This document shows, one piece after another, positions 38,911 to 49,292 of a stretch of 64,000 nt of DNA. A program made the position numbers and the translations under genes. The DNA lies in assembly GCA_965204375.1 (NCBI GenBank), contig OZ241986.1, forward strand, positions 736,001-800,000, in the 5' to 3' direction. The notes under the pieces were generated by a model. It saw nothing but the letters and a program-made list of their open reading frames with translations. It had not been told where the DNA came from and did no database searches. The DNA is from Candidatus Latescibacterota bacterium (GTDB taxonomy: Bacteria; Latescibacterota; UBA2968). Within the stretch, counting starts at the first letter, position 1, and each line of letters opens with the position of its first letter.

Positions 38911-39759
38911 CTAATTGATTCTATGCCGGGAGGTTCTATTGATAGCGTCAGCTAGCAATTGGAATCCCCCGTTACGTTTATAGGTGCTTAGCCAATCTCC
39001 GCTCACAAATTCAAAATTGCCGGTCTCCGTATCAAGCGCACCAATACATCCTTCGTTTATAACCTGCAATGTTGGATCTCTGGGGTTGCTCACCACACTG
39101 GCGACCTGAATGCACTCCGTCTCATACACTTTTCTCGGCTCGACTGGATGGTGAAAGTGCCCAAATACATGGTAGCGCGGTTTCGATGTTCTCAGATATT
39201 CGAGCAAGCCTTGAGGTCCTTCCGCCAGGTTATCCGCATCGGCACCGGCTCCAAATCCTCCTTCGTGTGAAACGAGAATATCTATATCCTTTGGGTGATT
39301 GTGTTGAAGAGCCTCTGGGTCTCCACCTTCACAAAAGCCGATTGTTTCCTCTCCTACCTCAAGTGTAAAACCGTCCGGTACGCACTTGAAGAGATCGTGT
39401 GGGTCAAGTGGAATGGGTACAGAAGATTTTGTCTCTACAGAATTTCGAATAGCAGAGAATTCGTCGTGATTGCCTGCTACCACAAGGATCGAAGATGTCA
39501 ATTGCGCCCGTGTATCGCGTGCTAATTGTGCATCTGTCCCTTCTGCCAGGATGAGGCTACACAAATCGTACACGGCCGGATCCCATTGTGAAAACCTGTC
39601 GTATGGGATCTCACCGCTCTGCGGCAGTGGCATAACCCCCAGATCGCCAACCTGAACGACAAGGTCGAATCTCTTTTTTCGTATTGACTGCCAGATCAGG
39701 AGAATGGCAAGGGCATGGCAGGCGCGTCCGTGTATATCACCTATGAACCCTATAATCAA
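38911..39759 (-). CDS. Metallophosphoesterase
   Basis: GDIHG, VGDLG, GNHD, LVSH, GHFH. Confidence 0.85.
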   Translation of the reverse strand: MIIGFIGDIHGRACHALAILLIWQSIRKKRFDLVVQVGDLGVMPLPQSGEIPYDRFSQWDPAVYDLCSLILAEGTDAQLARDTRAQLTSSILVVAGNHDEFSAIRNSVETKSSVPIPLDPHDLFKCVPDGFTLEVGEETIGFCEGGDPEALQHNHPKDIDILVSHEGGFGAGADADNLAEGPQGLLEYLRTSKPRYHVFGHFHHPVEPRKVYETECIQVASVVSNPRDPTLQVINEGCIGALDTETGNFEFVSGDWLSTYKRNGGFQLLADAINRTSRHRIN

Positions 39760-39760
39760 T

Positions 39761-40369
39761 TTAAGTTCCTTCTACCAAATGGTCCCTTCTTCTGTCGTCT
39801 GGCGTTTCCGCTTTTCTCGAATCTTGAGCTTTGTTTATTCGAAATCCAAGTTGCGTGATTTTGCCATCACCAAAATCGTTGTCTTCAACGTTGTCGAGTT
39901 CGGGAGCTCGAAAGAAGCCGACTTTTGTAAAAAGATTGATGCTTGGCTGATTGTGTTCGTATATCCCGGCCACGATATATTCGAGGTCGAATTCTCTGAA
40001 GATAAAGTCCACTGAGAGTTGCACGGCTTCTGTTCCGTATCCCTTAAATCTAAAAGGCTTATAGATCCAGACGCCCAGATCTGGTTCAAGGTGTGCCGGA
40101 GCCAGACTGATACGACCAACGGGAATTAGATCCTTCAAACGAACAATGGTGGCATTGAACCGTTGTGGAGGTCTGTCCGGGTTGGTAAATAGTGCAAGAA
40201 AATCTTCGTAGGATTCCCAATAGTGCATCGTATTGAAGTTTCTTTGCGTTGAGATATCCTTCCACGTTTGGTAGAACGGCTTATAATCCTCCATCAGGAA
40301 CTCAGTGAGGCCAACGTCTCTTCCTTTGATATAGAAGTTCCGGCAGTCTTTGACGTTGTCAATAGTCAT
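39761..40369 (-). CDS. GNAT (RimJ/RimL-like) acetyltransferase
   Basis: FRFKGYGTEAV, HNQPSINLFTKVGF. Confidence 0.8.
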   Translation of the reverse strand: MTIDNVKDCRNFYIKGRDVGLTEFLMEDYKPFYQTWKDISTQRNFNTMHYWESYEDFLALFTNPDRPPQRFNATIVRLKDLIPVGRISLAPAHLEPDLGVWIYKPFRFKGYGTEAVQLSVDFIFREFDLEYIVAGIYEHNQPSINLFTKVGFFRAPELDNVEDNDFGDGKITQLGFRINKAQDSRKAETPDDRRRDHLVEGT

Positions 40370-40378
40370 CAGGATGCT

Positions 40379-41746
40379 TTATCCGAGTTTGTGTATAGCA
40401 ACCTCGTACATTTCGGCTGTGCAGGTCTGGAGGACTTTCAGGAGTTCGGGATATGGTTCGCCGTAGCCGGTGAGCAGTCCAGAATGCTGGCGGTCCTGTT
40501 TTTGGGCGATCAGGTTGGGTGCGTCGATCAGGCCACAATAGTGCCAGCCAATAAATTCTGGACGCGCAAAGGCGTTCCTGAAGAACTCGTCGGTCCATTC
40601 GGATCGCTGTTCGATGTTGTCGGCCACGGGACCGTAGGGACGCGGCATGGTGTCTGTAATCATCGTGAAAGCCGAATCGCCATTGATCAGCGGTTTGTCG
40701 GCGATTCTATACCAGCGATCTAATCCGGGTTTTTGCACCTCGTATCGCGCATACATTTGATAGAATACAATGTCGGTAAATTGGCTTGTAATGGGCAAGA
40801 GGGTATCCAGCGCATCTGTGTTGGCGTTGATTTTGTCGCCGACGAACAGATGGTTTGGATCGTATCGGCGGATTGCATCCCGCGTTGTCTGGTAGTATTT
40901 TTCGACGACTTTTTGGAGGAATTCAATATTGTCGCGGGTTTCGTTTCCATTGGAGAGATCGGTGTGTGGCCGCCAGTTCTCGGCTGTTTGGAGCGCGTCA
41001 AGCGAATCAAATTGCGTGCCATAAGTTGTGTTGAAATCGCTGATTTGCCCGCGATAGATATCGCGCATGATCTGAACATAAGCCTTTTTGCCCGGTGCAT
41101 CGGCACCCAAATTGCGCAACCGCCGCGGCCAGCCGATTCGAGCTTCCCGTCGAGCGCCGCCGATTACGTCGGGGCGTTCCCGGCAATCTTCTTCTGTAAA
41201 TAACGGACAGTCGGTCATGGCATAACCGAGCAGGAAGGGATCATCTTTTGCAGGCGCGGCAAACTCCTTTGCCATCTGATCGCAGTGTGAGGCAAATGTT
41301 TCTGAAAAGATATCCAAAAAATTGCTGTCGGGTATTTCTGCCTGCCAATGCGGGATATCGACAAAGTGAATCGACTGCATATAGGGGAGAGATGGCTGTG
41401 GGCGATTGACGGCTGAGAGCTCTGTGTGTACGCCTACGGTATTGAAGCCGTATTGACGACATGTTTGCAGGAACCAGGTTTTGAGGGCAGGTGTGAATTC
41501 TCGGCTGTCCAGATTGTCTATGCCCAATCGCTTTTTCCAGGCTTCGCGATTGTAGGGCTGTTTCCACAGATGGGGATGCAGGTGGTTTATTCCGAAGCTC
41601 AGAAACGCATTTCCCTCGGGCGTTACGAGCCACCATCTTTCGTCTTTCTCTACGCGGAAAAATCCCGTTGCCTCAAATTTTTTGCCCGTCCAGCCGCCGT
41701 ATTGATCGCGTTCGGCGGTGTCCCGGTGCGATTTATGTCTGTTCAT
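40379..41746 (-). CDS. Beta-agarase-like glycoside hydrolase
   Basis: RDQYGGW, ATGFFRVEK, RWWLVTPEG, GFNTVG, DPFLLGY, AIRRYDPNHL, IGWH. Confidence 0.7.
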   Translation of the reverse strand: MNRHKSHRDTAERDQYGGWTGKKFEATGFFRVEKDERWWLVTPEGNAFLSFGINHLHPHLWKQPYNREAWKKRLGIDNLDSREFTPALKTWFLQTCRQYGFNTVGVHTELSAVNRPQPSLPYMQSIHFVDIPHWQAEIPDSNFLDIFSETFASHCDQMAKEFAAPAKDDPFLLGYAMTDCPLFTEEDCRERPDVIGGARREARIGWPRRLRNLGADAPGKKAYVQIMRDIYRGQISDFNTTYGTQFDSLDALQTAENWRPHTDLSNGNETRDNIEFLQKVVEKYYQTTRDAIRRYDPNHLFVGDKINANTDALDTLLPITSQFTDIVFYQMYARYEVQKPGLDRWYRIADKPLINGDSAFTMITDTMPRPYGPVADNIEQRSEWTDEFFRNAFARPEFIGWHYCGLIDAPNLIAQKQDRQHSGLLTGYGEPYPELLKVLQTCTAEMYEVAIHKLG

Positions 41747-41777
41747 TTGGTTACCTTTGAATAGTTATCAGAGTGTT

Positions 41778-42629
41778 TTACTCAGCGGGAACAACTTCTC
41801 GCGTGACTTCCTGCACTTTACCGGGGAAGGTTTGTCCTCTTATCCACATGATGGGCTGGCCTTTGCCAGCGTTTTCCGGATTTATCCATTCTGCTTGCGC
41901 GCTTAAGTAATGCGATACATAGCTGCGTCTAAATCGCTGGCTATGGTTATTTGTGCTTTTGTGCAGCAGGTGAGAGTGGAACCAGATGACCGCTCCGGGG
42001 GGTGCTTCCACGGGAATGCCGTCCTCATCGCGGGCATCGCGCGCGAGTTTGAATTCATTTTGCTGTGATCCCTCAATTTCGTCGTGTTCGGAGATTGCCT
42101 GTTTGTGACTGCCGGGGATTACGTAGAGGCAACCATTGTCGCGCTCGGCGGGGTCGATTGCCGTCCAGGTGCCGACGGTTGTCGCTGTTCTGAACCGCCT
42201 GCCAAAGTAAAATTTGTCCTGGTGCCAGGGGAATCCCAATCCGATTTTCGGGGCTTTCCAGATGAAGAGGTTGTTGATGCCCAGAATGTCTGGGCCGAGA
42301 ATGTCGGCAACTGGATCCGTCAGCCGAGGGTCGCGCACGCGGGCGAGGAATTCCGGGATGTAACAACTGGGATGGTGAATTTTGTGCATGGCGTAGATAC
42401 CCGATTGCTTGTGTTTGCCGTCTCGGACAAGGGCATTGCGGTCGATGTGAGCCATTGGCATTTTTCGCTTTCCCGCGACAATGTCTTCGGCGACCTGTCG
42501 CAGGTGGTCGTTTTCCTCATGTGTAAAGACGTTTTCGCGTACAAAATATCCATTGCATTCCCAGTGCTGAATTTCGTCGGGTGTCATGCGATTGGTATTT
42601 ATTTTTGATAGTGTTGATGGGTTTCCCAT
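41778..42629 (-). CDS. PhyH family dioxygenase
   Basis: WHQD, NGCLYVIPGSH, LLHKS, RRSYV. Confidence 0.88.
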   Translation of the reverse strand: MGNPSTLSKINTNRMTPDEIQHWECNGYFVRENVFTHEENDHLRQVAEDIVAGKRKMPMAHIDRNALVRDGKHKQSGIYAMHKIHHPSCYIPEFLARVRDPRLTDPVADILGPDILGINNLFIWKAPKIGLGFPWHQDKFYFGRRFRTATTVGTWTAIDPAERDNGCLYVIPGSHKQAISEHDEIEGSQQNEFKLARDARDEDGIPVEAPPGAVIWFHSHLLHKSTNNHSQRFRRSYVSHYLSAQAEWINPENAGKGQPIMWIRGQTFPGKVQEVTREVVPAE

Positions 42630-42677
42630 ATACGATCTCCTGAAATCAATTGCTGTTTACTTACCGCAGTAGGGCAG

Positions 42678-42947
42678 TTAGGCTGCTTTGATCGGTTCCA
42701 ACTCTACGGGTTCTGGTCTGCTGAGCCCCAGACGATCAAAAACGCTCTGTATCTCATCTATACTCACGATTTCGGGTGAGACAATCTCAATCCCAAGAGG
42801 CGTGCCATCTTGAGCGTAGTCAATGAGGAGGTCTTCTGTTATGGCTTCGGTGCGTACACTTTTCTGTCCGCGCCGATGAGATAGATAAATATAGGCAGCA
42901 AATGGTTTGCCCTTTCGATATGTGATTTGTAGAGAAACTGTTTTCAT
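42678..42947 (-). CDS. DUF2283 family putative antitoxin
   Basis: AAYIYL, LLIDYAQDGTPLGIEI. Confidence 0.8.
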   Translation of the reverse strand: MKTVSLQITYRKGKPFAAYIYLSHRRGQKSVRTEAITEDLLIDYAQDGTPLGIEIVSPEIVSIDEIQSVFDRLGLSRPEPVELEPIKAA

Positions 42948-43204
42948 GGACGCACCTCTTCAGGATATGCGGTTACAATCATAAGAATTTTGTCGTCCAG
43001 GTCTGGCTCAACGACCACCAACCAGGGATATCCCGAATGACGAGTATGAATAATCCAACGACCTAATCGGCGAGCAGGGACCAATTTTGAAGCATTATCA
43101 AGCATCGTCCGCAGTTCGATCTCAGAAAAACCCCGCTCCTCCATCCGGGCTTCCACATGTGCTGTAAAACCCAGGTCCCATTCCCACCAACTTGGCCAAT
43201 TCAT
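42944..43204 (-). CDS. DUF4258 family putative toxin
   Basis: FTAHVEARMEERGFS, IVTAY; ATGA-coupled to the DUF2283 gene. Confidence 0.8.
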   Translation of the reverse strand: MNWPSWWEWDLGFTAHVEARMEERGFSEIELRTMLDNASKLVPARRLGRWIIHTRHSGYPWLVVVEPDLDDKILMIVTAYPEEVRP

Positions 43205-43560
43205 GCGGATATCTCATGTGCGCCGATCCAGACCTGATTACCATCGGGATCGCGAACGCGAAATTCTGTCATGCCGTAGAAAGTTACCCGGATGGGATCG
43301 GGTTCGAAACCAGCGGCGATCACACGGTCTCTTAACGTTTCAATATCGGATGTATAGTAGTAAATGACGGTTGAGGCGTTCGATTCCGTGCGTATCGAAC
43401 GATCTATCATCACCTGGCAACCGTGTTCACCTTCCAGCAGGGCATGGCCCCACTCGTCTTTACGTTGGATGACCTGGAGACCCAGGCCTTGCGAGTAGAA
43501 GGTGAGAGCTTGATCCAAATCGGTTATTGGAACCATTGCGGTGATGCGATGTATGTTCAC
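43201..43560 (-). CDS. VOC family protein
   Basis: DLDQALTFY, YGMTEFRVRDPDGN. Confidence 0.85.
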   Translation of the reverse strand: MNIHRITAMVPITDLDQALTFYSQGLGLQVIQRKDEWGHALLEGEHGCQVMIDRSIRTESNASTVIYYYTSDIETLRDRVIAAGFEPDPIRVTFYGMTEFRVRDPDGNQVWIGAHEISA

Positions 43561-43777
43561 GGTTTTGTCTCTCAGCTAATGGTCGAGAACTGCCTTGTAG
43601 TGTTTTGCTACCGAAATCTGGTATTTATGATATCTGAGATGCCTTTAGACTCGACTTTGCTCATTGTAAGAGGTATATTTGAAAGTTGCGGATGAGTAAA
43701 AGCGAGGAGCGTATCCTTTAATATCTGCAAAAAATAAATATTATGCAATGATCTGTGGGGAGATTGCGTTTTAGCAT

Positions 43778-44629
43778 GTGGAGCAGGAGATGGTAAATGC
43801 AGGTGTGAGATCGAAACGGGAGGTTTTGCTCGATTCCGGATATTTTGTAGAAAAGGGCGTCCTGAGCGATTCGGATATTGAGATTTGTAAGGATCGATTG
43901 CGAGAGATTGCGCGCCGTATTGATTTTTACCGCGATAAGATTCGGGCAATTATAGATGTGCAGGATGAGGCATACCAGAACCATCCCGATCCTCTGTTGC
44001 GATTTGATTGGATCAATGAGATTTCGTTTCGAGATCGGGTATTGTGGCAATATTCTGCTACACACCCCAGGCTTATCGCATTGGCTATGCAAGTGTTGGG
44101 TCCCGATATTTATCCACTTAATGGCGGCGGTTTCTTTATGAAGCCTCCCCGTTGTGGCGATGAGGTACCGTGGCACCAGGATGCGAGTCCTTTCGATGGT
44201 TCAGAGGATATACCCGTGCCTGTACTTTTTGATTTTTGGCTGGGGCTGGATGCGGCAGATGTTGAAAATGGGTGTATGGAACTGATTCCTGGATCGCATA
44301 CTCTGGGGCGTTTGGAGCACGAGCAGACGGGTAAGATTTTGAGGGAGATGGATCCATTTTCGCACGGATTTTCCGAGGATGATGTGGTGCGTATTGAGAC
44401 TGATCCCGGCGATGTGATTGTGTGGCATCAGGATTTGATCCACCGATCTTCTGCTAATTTCTCGGATCGTCCGCGGATTGGCAAAGCGAGTGTTTATATG
44501 TCCAAAGCGGATGAAGAGACGATACAGAAAATGTCTAATCCCTGGGGAATGAATCCAAATCGACCACCGATCTGTTTGGACGGTAAAATCTGTGAGCTAA
44601 CGCATTTTATTGAAGCACCGGATCTGTAA
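43778..44629 (+). CDS. PhyH family dioxygenase
   Basis: FMKPP, WHQD, ENGCMELIPGSH, LIHRS; start uncertain (43778 or 43790). Confidence 0.88.
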   Translation: MEQEMVNAGVRSKREVLLDSGYFVEKGVLSDSDIEICKDRLREIARRIDFYRDKIRAIIDVQDEAYQNHPDPLLRFDWINEISFRDRVLWQYSATHPRLIALAMQVLGPDIYPLNGGGFFMKPPRCGDEVPWHQDASPFDGSEDIPVPVLFDFWLGLDAADVENGCMELIPGSHTLGRLEHEQTGKILREMDPFSHGFSEDDVVRIETDPGDVIVWHQDLIHRSSANFSDRPRIGKASVYMSKADEETIQKMSNPWGMNPNRPPICLDGKICELTHFIEAPDL

Positions 44630-45071
44630 GTGCTGGCAATTTCTTCATCTGAACATGTGTAGAATCTTCATCAACGATTGAAAACCCCAGCCTCTGGTAG
44701 AAGGCGATGCCACGGGTGTTAATCTTTAATACTTGAAGGTTCACAGCCTTTCCCGCAACGTGGGCATCATCGAGAATGCTTGTCAGGCACGCTGACCCAA
44801 TCCCTCTACCCTGATACTCGGGATGGATAAAGAACTGATAGACCTTGAGAGAATCGGAAGTACAGGATGTGGAGAAGAAACCCATATCGTTCCCTTGAAA
44901 TTGGATAATGCAAAAATCCTGTGAATCAAACCGCTTATTGTGTAATTCCCTCTGATGTGTATCGTCCCAACCCTCGACCTGCTCCACATATTCTCGGAAT
45001 GCGGCCTTTTTTACGGCAAAGACAAAGTCGCTGTCAATCGCATCCGCCTTCCGAATGCTCAACCCTTCCAC
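44607..45071 (-). CDS. GNAT family N-acetyltransferase
   Basis: PEYQGRGIGS, FYQRLGF. Confidence 0.88.
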   Translation of the reverse strand: MEGLSIRKADAIDSDFVFAVKKAAFREYVEQVEGWDDTHQRELHNKRFDSQDFCIIQFQGNDMGFFSTSCTSDSLKVYQFFIHPEYQGRGIGSACLTSILDDAHVAGKAVNLQVLKINTRGIAFYQRLGFSIVDEDSTHVQMKKLPALTDPVLQ

Positions 45072-45114
45072 GATAAGACCTCCATTGCCCTGCTGGTCGC
45101 TACAACGTGACCAG

Positions 45115-45927
45115 CTAACCGAACCGCTCCTCTAACCATGTAACGGCAAAATCGGTCAGATCCTTAGCGTCGAACAAATAGGAATCCGTGGCTCCAACCC
45201 GTCCCGTTGCATAGGTTGCCTGGGTCATATATTCCTCTACAATGCGAAGAAAATAGTCGCCATCGGGCCAATCGACGATGCCATCAGAAGTGTCAAATTG
45301 CTCGAATTCTATCCATTCGCACTTGCCATCGCGCAAGATGGGCCACCGATAACGTTCGGTTTTTTTGTTGGGCACGTCAGCAATATGCTCTGCGTGATGT
45401 AGAATTGTCAGGCTATCAAAGAGTGGTCCAAGCAGTAGTATTCGTCCCCTGATTTTGCACAACTTTGCGAGTGGGGAGCCTGCGCCATAACCAAATTGGA
45501 GGGGATGATCTGATGTGATCCACTTCGCTTTTGCGCCAACTGCCGCCATTCTTGCTTCGGGATGGTTGCTGCAATACGTGCCGGGCCATGTTCGCAGATA
45601 CTCGGTGAGGATACTCCATTTGCGGAAGGCGCGTGTCCGATTGGGATCAAATGGTGGGCATTCTGCCATGTATAATTTTTGCCAGTCCTCTGGCCAGTCC
45701 TCAATTTCGTTCAGAGGCTCCTCGCATTTTACGTACATCATCAAGGTGCCTGCAGGTCCAATCACGTCCAAAATTGCCTGAATCACCATATCAGGTCCGC
45801 CAACGATCCAGCCGACTGCCTTGACAGAAGCGTGCAGCATCAGGGTATCGCCCGGGACAAGCCCCAGTTTTGATAAGTCAGATACCAACCTACTTCGCGT
45901 AATTACCGGCAAATCTGTTTTCGCCAT
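45115..45927 (-). CDS. AAC(3) / Antibiotic_NAT family N-acetyltransferase
   Basis: LMLHASVK, GTLMM, SNHP, GSPLAKL, TILHHAEH. Confidence 0.88.
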   Translation of the reverse strand: MAKTDLPVITRSRLVSDLSKLGLVPGDTLMLHASVKAVGWIVGGPDMVIQAILDVIGPAGTLMMYVKCEEPLNEIEDWPEDWQKLYMAECPPFDPNRTRAFRKWSILTEYLRTWPGTYCSNHPEARMAAVGAKAKWITSDHPLQFGYGAGSPLAKLCKIRGRILLLGPLFDSLTILHHAEHIADVPNKKTERYRWPILRDGKCEWIEFEQFDTSDGIVDWPDGDYFLRIVEEYMTQATYATGRVGATDSYLFDAKDLTDFAVTWLEERFG

Positions 45928-45932
45928 GCTGA

Positions 45933-46547
45933 TTACTCCGATGCCAGGCTCTCTTTAGTTTCAGAGTCCTCAAGGGGATGAAGATCAATTGGTGTGAGTA
46001 TCCCGTAAAAACCGTATTTGATGCCTGACCGATCTCCTTTTCCGGGCGGGAAGTATTCTTCTATAAGTGCTAATAATCGACGACCAAATTCGGATGCCTG
46101 TTCTTCAGATAGTCGCGCGCGGTTGTGATTGACTGATGTCTGGAATGTCGAACCGTACAAGCCCTCGGCAGCTTCGCGAAATGCTTGATTGAACTGGCTG
46201 ACAACATCGGTTGGCATGGCCTCTGCAACCTGGTTGTTCGTCGAGAGGCCCTTTCGAACGCGAATTTTACTCGCTGCTGGCGAACATTGCCATTCATGGA
46301 GGCCAGTTTCATCTTTTTCCAATTGTACGACACCTGTTTCTGCCAGCTTTTTCATATGGTATAGTACCCGGGCATCGGTAATTTCCAATGTCCGCGAAAT
46401 TTCTGCAACCGACTTTCCGTCGCCAAGGGTTTCGAGGATGTGCCAACGAAGTGGATCGGCAAGTATGTTCGCACGATCATCCTCGATAACGATTGCCGTT
46501 TCCTTTAAGGCATTGGTCGGGAATGTCAATTCGCGCCATGTACTCAT
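45933..46547 (-). CDS. Winged-helix (ArsR-like) transcriptional regulator
   Basis: LADPLRWHILETL, SVAEISRTL, VLYHMKKLAETG. Confidence 0.75.
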   Translation of the reverse strand: MSTWRELTFPTNALKETAIVIEDDRANILADPLRWHILETLGDGKSVAEISRTLEITDARVLYHMKKLAETGVVQLEKDETGLHEWQCSPAASKIRVRKGLSTNNQVAEAMPTDVVSQFNQAFREAAEGLYGSTFQTSVNHNRARLSEEQASEFGRRLLALIEEYFPPGKGDRSGIKYGFYGILTPIDLHPLEDSETKESLASE

Positions 46548-46623
46548 TTAGACTCTCCAGTCGTATAATTGAAGGAGCTCTCTTTGAGGCGGGGAAGTAT
46601 GTCTTCTGCGTATTAAAGATTGT

Positions 46624-47394
46624 TCAACTTTTGATCAGAATCACGTAGGTTCTGCGGGAGGCCTCCCGAAAGCCAAGTTTCTCTGCAACTCGCAATGAGG
46701 CAAAGTTGTCCTCTCCCGTGCTCCAAACCGGAACTCGTCCTTGTTTCTGAAGCCGATTCGATACTATCGAGGCAGCGGCACTACACAGGCCTCTTTTTCG
46801 CCAGGGTTCAAGAGTGCCAACGCCAATCTCACCATGAAGACCAGTGACGCCGCTTGTGTGAGCTATGGATACCAATTGACCTGCATCAATAGCACCCGCC
46901 ACAATTCCCTCTGAGAGCATTGTTTCCATATTCTCGTAGCCTCCACCCTGTATTTCGATAGGTGCGGAGGCTATTAAGTTTCGGTCCTGCGTAGTCAATT
47001 CGCGGGCATGGTTATTGGCAAACAGTTGGACCGGCTTCATCAACGAATGATAAACGTCGCCATAGTAGCGTACTTTTACTCCGTTGGAATTTTCTATCAG
47101 ATCACCAAGCGGTTTGGCGCATTGTCGATGCACATTTATACAATCCCAACCCTCTACCAACTGAAGCAATTCCCACAGTGCTCGCGCCTCGGTCCCAAAT
47201 CCCATGGGTTCTTCTGAATCGAAGTGGCCCTGGACAATAGCTGCGCTGAAGGAGGAGGGACTGCCTGCTACAAAGGCCTTGCACAGTTTCTTTCTCAGAA
47301 GGTGTACTTCCACCACAGTCTCGGGGGTATCACCCAGAGTATTCGCGAGTTCGGCAAAATCCTCTGGATTCAGTTGTGCGATGTCGTATGCCAT
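46624..47394 (-). CDS. GNAT family N-acetyltransferase
   Basis: WRKRGLC, PVWST, NFASLRVAEKLGF. Confidence 0.82.
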   Translation of the reverse strand: MAYDIAQLNPEDFAELANTLGDTPETVVEVHLLRKKLCKAFVAGSPSSFSAAIVQGHFDSEEPMGFGTEARALWELLQLVEGWDCINVHRQCAKPLGDLIENSNGVKVRYYGDVYHSLMKPVQLFANNHARELTTQDRNLIASAPIEIQGGGYENMETMLSEGIVAGAIDAGQLVSIAHTSGVTGLHGEIGVGTLEPWRKRGLCSAAASIVSNRLQKQGRVPVWSTGEDNFASLRVAEKLGFREASRRTYVILIKS

Positions 47395-47403
47395 TGATAT
47401 TAC

Positions 47404-48120
47404 TCAGGTCAGTTTTTCGACCAGATCATTGAAGTCAGATGCGCTTACATCGAAGGTCTCAAGGGGCAGGGTAGGCTCATCAGTCGGATAGCCCCTCCAC
47501 CAATCGTCTTCCCGATGTACGTATGCGGTTTTCAGGCCTGCATCTTTGGCTCCCTTGAGATCGTTCGCATGCGCTGCCACCATCATCACTTTATCCGGTG
47601 CGCAACCGAGGAGTTCAGCGGCCTGTTGGTAAGCACGCGTGTCTGTTTTATATCGCTCAAGGAATTCGCACGATAATATCCCGTCCCAACTGAGACTATT
47701 GTATTTAGAGCAATCTACGGCAATTGCGAAACTCAATACGGTCAATATGATGACTGAATAATGATCTCGCAGTCTGTGTATTGCGCTAACGGCATCTGGC
47801 CAGGTCTTCATCCTGTGCCACACCAGGCTCAGGTCGTCTCTTTCCTTCGCTGAAAGATGAATGGTGTTGTGATTCTCGAGAATATCGTCAAGTACGAGCC
47901 GATGAATCGCATCAGCGTTCATCCTTGGCAATTTACCTGTTTTTACTCGTGCCAGCATCTCAAACATACTACTGCGCCAGTCCGTGGCGAACTGGCGTAC
48001 GTCAAACTGTACACCTTTTTCTGCTGACAATACGCGGAGTTCAGCCTCTATCGTCCCTCTCCAATCAAAAACAGTACCTCCGACATCGAATGTAAGCGCT
48101 TTTACACCTGGATATTTCAT
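47404..48120 (-). CDS. Haloacid dehalogenase type II-like HAD hydrolase
   Basis: FDVGGTVFDW, WPDA, MMVAAHANDL. Confidence 0.85.
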   Translation of the reverse strand: MKYPGVKALTFDVGGTVFDWRGTIEAELRVLSAEKGVQFDVRQFATDWRSSMFEMLARVKTGKLPRMNADAIHRLVLDDILENHNTIHLSAKERDDLSLVWHRMKTWPDAVSAIHRLRDHYSVIILTVLSFAIAVDCSKYNSLSWDGILSCEFLERYKTDTRAYQQAAELLGCAPDKVMMVAAHANDLKGAKDAGLKTAYVHREDDWWRGYPTDEPTLPLETFDVSASDFNDLVEKLT

Positions 48121-49292
48121 TGTTGACTCCTTGTGTCTTCGACTCGAAGAGCGTCCGTTATTTGGCCCTCTCTCTCAGCTCGAAAGCTTATAGATTTACC
48201 ATCTTTAACTGTGAAAGTCACCGTGTAATACGGATCGGTAGAAAAAACAAAGGTGTGATTTCCTATGGCTCGAAGTGGACGACCACTTATTCTGAGTGTA
48301 CCTTCTGCAACTGATACCGGGAATGGTACGGGTGCCATGGTTGACCTCCACTTGTAAGTTCCCGTATAGATTTCGAGGTTATCTTCTGACATATGGATTT
48401 CATCAATTACGATTTCAGGGATCCCCAGCATCAGGCGGGAAATTTGACTTTCAAGTTGTGCCTGTGGAGCAGAGTTGTGGTTGCACAATACAGTGACAGT
48501 AAGACCATCATCGGGGTAAGCAGATAATTGGGCGCGAAATCCGTTTATGGTTCCGCCATGCTCAATTTTGCGATGTCCATTGAGGTTGCTCATGAAAAAA
48601 CCATATCCGTATGTCGTATGTTTTCCTCCTGTCAAAAGGCCAGGCTCAATCATCTTATTATAGCTTTGTCGTGATATGAGTTGATTCTCGTTTAGTGCAG
48701 TCTGCCATTTCAGCAGGTCTAATACACTGGAACCCAATGAGCCGCCAGAGAATGGGTTATCCATACCGAGTGGGCGCGCCAGAACAAATTCATTATCCTC
48801 TTGGTCATAACCTGTTGCAAGATTCTTGACGTTTTTGATTTTCCCCAAATAGTGTGTGTCAAACATTTTCAGAGGTTGCCATACGTTCGCTTTGAGAAAG
48901 TTAGCATAGCGCATACCAGATACATTTTCGATTATCATGCCCAGGAGGTAATACCCCGAGTTATTGTACTGGTAATTTTCACTTGGTGAAAATTCAACGG
49001 GTTCTGATGAGAATAGATCAACGATCTCCTCTCGGGAAAGATCGCGTTCAGATATTTCCCAAAATTTCTCGATGTCTGTATAGCTTTTGATGCCCGATGT
49101 ATGGTTGAGAAGCTGATCAATCGTGACTTTATGATCTTTTTGGGGATAATTGGGCAGATAGTCCAGCATAATATCATTCAAGTTCAACTTGCCCTGTTCA
49201 ACGAGAATCATGACGGCGAGGGCCGTAAATTGTTTCGTTATTGAGCCAATTCGGTAAACAGTATGTTCAGTAGCTTCTACTTTGTTATCTAA

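Noticed and set aside
45092-45115. Hairpin after the AAC(3)-like stop (and a smaller one at 24453-24466) as recombination site or terminator
   Set aside because: No U-tract and no sequence similarity between the hairpins, so too little to call.
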